A DNA stretch of 64,000 nt from Leucoraja erinacea (Eukaryota). Of this stretch, positions 61,014 to 64,000 are shown in pieces. Position numbers and translations under genes: made by a program. The notes under the pieces were generated by a model. That model ran no database searches. It had not been told where the DNA came from and saw nothing but the letters and a program-made list of their open reading frames with translations. Position 1 is the stretch's first letter. Each line of letters opens with the position of its first letter. The DNA is taken from NCBI RefSeq assembly GCF_028641065.1, contig NC_073384.1, positions 56,482,001 to 56,546,000 of the forward strand. Direction: 5' to 3'.

Positions 61014-61444
61014 AGATGGTTTCGCTGATTGTGAGGACAAAAAGGTCAGCAGGAGTTATGCGAAGGAAAGATGATAATTTGCATGCTGCACTTGTGAGAT
61101 CATTGAATCTCTTACCTTGACATCTCATTTTGGTAATGCAGATCTTCGTGAAGACCTCTCTTTAAGCTTGCATTATTGTCTTTTTGATGACCTCCTCCTA
61201 AGAGGATACTCAGTAGAATAAAGTAGTTTTCTATGTTTCTATGTACTATTAAATACTGTTTGAGCAATCCCAATCATATCCATGTGCTTAATTTGAGAAG
61301 TGTTTGAGATATAGAGCAGATGCCCTGGTGATATTGTGATGCTTCTGTATGGTTTTGGCATGGAATTAAAAAAAAACAAAATCTTCCACTACGATGGTGC
61401 ACTTATTGAACATATTCATACACATTTCAGAAGATTTTACTGAT

Positions 61445-61722
61445 TGATTGAAAGATACAGCATGGAAATAGGCCCTTCAGCCTTTCGAGTCCACGCTGAA
61501 AATCAATCGCCCATTCACGCTAGTTCTGTTATCCTACTTTTGCATCCACTCCCGACACTCTTGGGGAAATTTTATAGAAACCGGTTAACCTAAAAACCGG
61601 CATGTCTTTGGGACGTGGGATGAAACCGCAGGAAAGCCACGCGGTCACGGGGAGAATGGGAAAACTACACACAAACAGCACCTGATGTCAGGATTGAACT
61701 AGCTGCACCACTGTGCCCCGCC
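61445..61722 (-). mobile_element. HE1/V-SINE-like element
   Basis: gatacagcatggaaataggcccttc tail; tgtctttgggacgtggga core; caggattgaac; gcaccactgtgcccc 5' end. Confidence 0.78.
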
Positions 61723-61844
61723 CTATTTCAGGCTAATATATACAACAGTTTTTCTTGGAATCTCCACATAGCTCTGTCAAAATTTTTACTGTGGCGATGA
61801 GAATTCAATTGCCTGAACTCCAATACAAAATCTAGGAAGGTTGG

Positions 61845-62412
61845 CTCACCTTCATTGGTCGGGGCATTGAGTATAAGAATGAGGAAGTCATATGGCAGCT
61901 TTAAAGGTCTTTGGTTTGGGCCACATTTGAAATATTGTAGGCTTTGGAGAGTGCACAGAAGAGGTCTTGCTGAAAGTTGTGTGGATTAGACAGTTAGAGA
62001 TTAGTGATAAGGTGAGTGGCCAAACTTGGATTGTTTTGTCTGGAAGATCAGAGTTTGAAGAAAGACCTGAGAGAAGTATATAAAATTATGAGAGGGGTGG
62101 ATAGTGTAGACAATCAGAACCTTTTTCCAGTGTGGAAATAGCAAAGTCAAGAGAGCATAGTTTTAAGGTGAGAGGGGTAAAGTGTAAAGGAGATGTTTGG
62201 GACAAGTATTTTTACACACACAGTGGAATACTTTGCCTGGAGTGGTGGTGGTATGATAATGGCATTTAAATGGCTTTTAGATAGCCAGATAAATATGCAG
62301 GGAATAAAGGATTATGGATATGGCAGGCAGAGATAATTAGTTTAACCTAGAATCCTGTTGGACATTGTGGGCTGAAGAGCCTTTTCCAGTGCTGTGCTGT
62401 TGTGTTCTATGT
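61845..62412 (+). mobile_element. CR1 3' fragment, degraded
   Basis: ccttcattggtcggggcattgagtataag...tataaaattatgagagg...gagcatagttttaaggtgagaggg...gctgtgctgttgtgttctatgt. Confidence 0.8.
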
Positions 62413-62665
62413 TAATTAAAACCAATGATCCAATATGCCAATTATTTTTTCTTGTTAGCCTGATGGATGTGAGTTAATTAAGTCATCAGCTGTGTTCGTT
62501 TAAAACTGTTGGCACCTGAAGTTTCGGGTGGGTTTTCTTGAATATTACTATTAACTCAGTTAGTTGTAACAGTTATTTCCATAACTGCAGATATGATTCT
62601 TGAACATGCATTCTCTCCAGCTCTCTTGGTTTACTAGACCAGCAATTGGATTAGTAGCAGGTAGA

Positions 62666-62684
62666 TTATTATTATTATTATTAT
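62666..62684. repeat. (ATT)n microsatellite
   Basis: attattattattattatta. Confidence 0.8.
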
Positions 62685-63344
62685 CTCAGTGGCTGAACTA
62701 GAATGGTGACCTGGCAGGGTGTGATTAATTGTTTCTGCATTCCATTATGCTTTGAAGTCGTTTGTAGAATTTTGCCAATCAGTTACAGAAGTTGAAATAA
62801 AGGAATTTATTTGAGCCCTAAAGCAGTTGGGAACATTTCTTGTCTGGCATTGAATGTTTAGATTGCCATTAAATGTTTGTATCCCAGCGCCGATCTCAGC
62901 TGCTTTTAGAGCAGCAATCACTGATTCAGAATATTGATCTTTTTGAAGGGTTATGGTTCCTTTTGAGGGCCAGATATCTAGTAGGAATTTAAACCAGTAA
63001 ATTCCACCACATCTTGGATTGGGATTTTAAACACTCTATCCTGGAAGTCCGCAGGGTGCTTTGTCTGACATGAATTAGTTTGCTACCTTTTGAGGCTTTA
63101 ACAGTTAACGTATATAAACCTCCAGTTAGCTCAGGTACTTGCGGCCTAAATTATGACACACTTTTCACCTTTACAGTACTATTTCCAAACTTTAGAAAAT
63201 AGAATAAATGATCAAATTCAGATGTAAAATAAAAATCTTGTATCAAACATACTTTCTGTAAATCAGGAAAAAAAAGAAGGCATGAATGTTGAAAACAAAA
63301 TGAGAAATGTCATCAAATTATACTCCCATGTACTTCGATGTCTT

Positions 63345-63608
63345 TTAGTTTAGAAATATATAGCGCGGAAACAGACCTTCCGGCCCACCAGCGATCCCCG
63401 CACCCACTAGAGAATATTTACAATTTTACCAAAGACAATTAACCTACAAACCGGTACGTCTTTGGAATGTGGGAGATCCTGGAGAATCCCCACGCAGGTC
63501 ATGGGGAGAACGTATATATTCTGTACAGACAGCACCTGTAGTCAGGATTGAACCCGGGTCCGTGGTGCTGCAAGGCAGCAGCTTTACCACTGCACAACCA
63601 TGACACCC
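63345..63608 (-). mobile_element. HE1/V-SINE-like element
   Basis: tagtttagaaatatatagcgcggaaacag tail; acgtctttggaatgtgggag core; caggattgaacccgggtc B-box reverse complement. Confidence 0.8.
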
Positions 63609-63824
63609 CTTCTAGCAAACTGGAAGACTTGGACATTCAGTATTACACCTATCTTTGGTACATTTGGGCTCACGTTAGGACCTCCGCTGGGTAAGTCAGA
63701 GTTCTGTTCCTGAGAACTGTTCATAACCTGAAAAGTTCACAAGGTGCAATTATGGCCATGAACCAAGCATCCACATGGCAGAAGATACCTTCCCCCCCCC
63801 CACCCCCCCACCCCAGAAGATCAA

Positions 63825-63965
63825 GATAGTGATTCAGCTAGTTCCAGGCACCCAGAGTTGATCCTGACCATGGGCACTGTCTATCTGGAGATTGCACATT
63901 CTCACTGTGTGCAGGCTTTCACTTTCCTCCTGTGACCTGTATATATGCTGGTAAATTACTTGGTT
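63825..63965 (+). mobile_element. Old HE1/V-SINE-like fragment
   Basis: cccagagttgatcctgaccatgggcactgtctatctggagattgcacattctc. Confidence 0.55.
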
Positions 63966-64000
63966 CCTTAAATGACCCTTTAGGAAAGTTAAGAAGCAAA

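Overview
Eukaryotic, almost certainly vertebrate, genomic DNA. The repeat complement (HE1/V-SINE-type tRNA SINEs, many CR1 LINEs, Rex1, L2, Penelope-like elements) suggests a cartilaginous fish such as a skate or ray (inference). A CpG-rich promoter and putative non-coding first exon (~1.7-2.3 kb, + strand, donor CAG|GTAAGA at 2316/2317) are followed by what looks like a very long first intron of an unidentified gene; I found no host protein-coding exon. Recognisable ORFs are retroelement remnants. The most striking signal is about 20 short (~100-250 bp) insertions derived from the 3' terminal repeat of Penelope-like elements. They carry a minimal type I hammerhead ribozyme core (CTGAAGA-A-GGGTCTCGACCC-GAAAC-GTC), break off almost exactly at that core, often occur as head-to-head palindromes with 7-17 bp target duplications, and in one case form two opposed half-insertions each with its own duplication. 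Also present are a head-to-tail Helitron dimer, Harbinger-type and hAT MITEs, a three-layer nested insertion and an unclassified element with interlocking inverted repeats. Coordinates were read by eye, and boundaries of old repeats are approximate.
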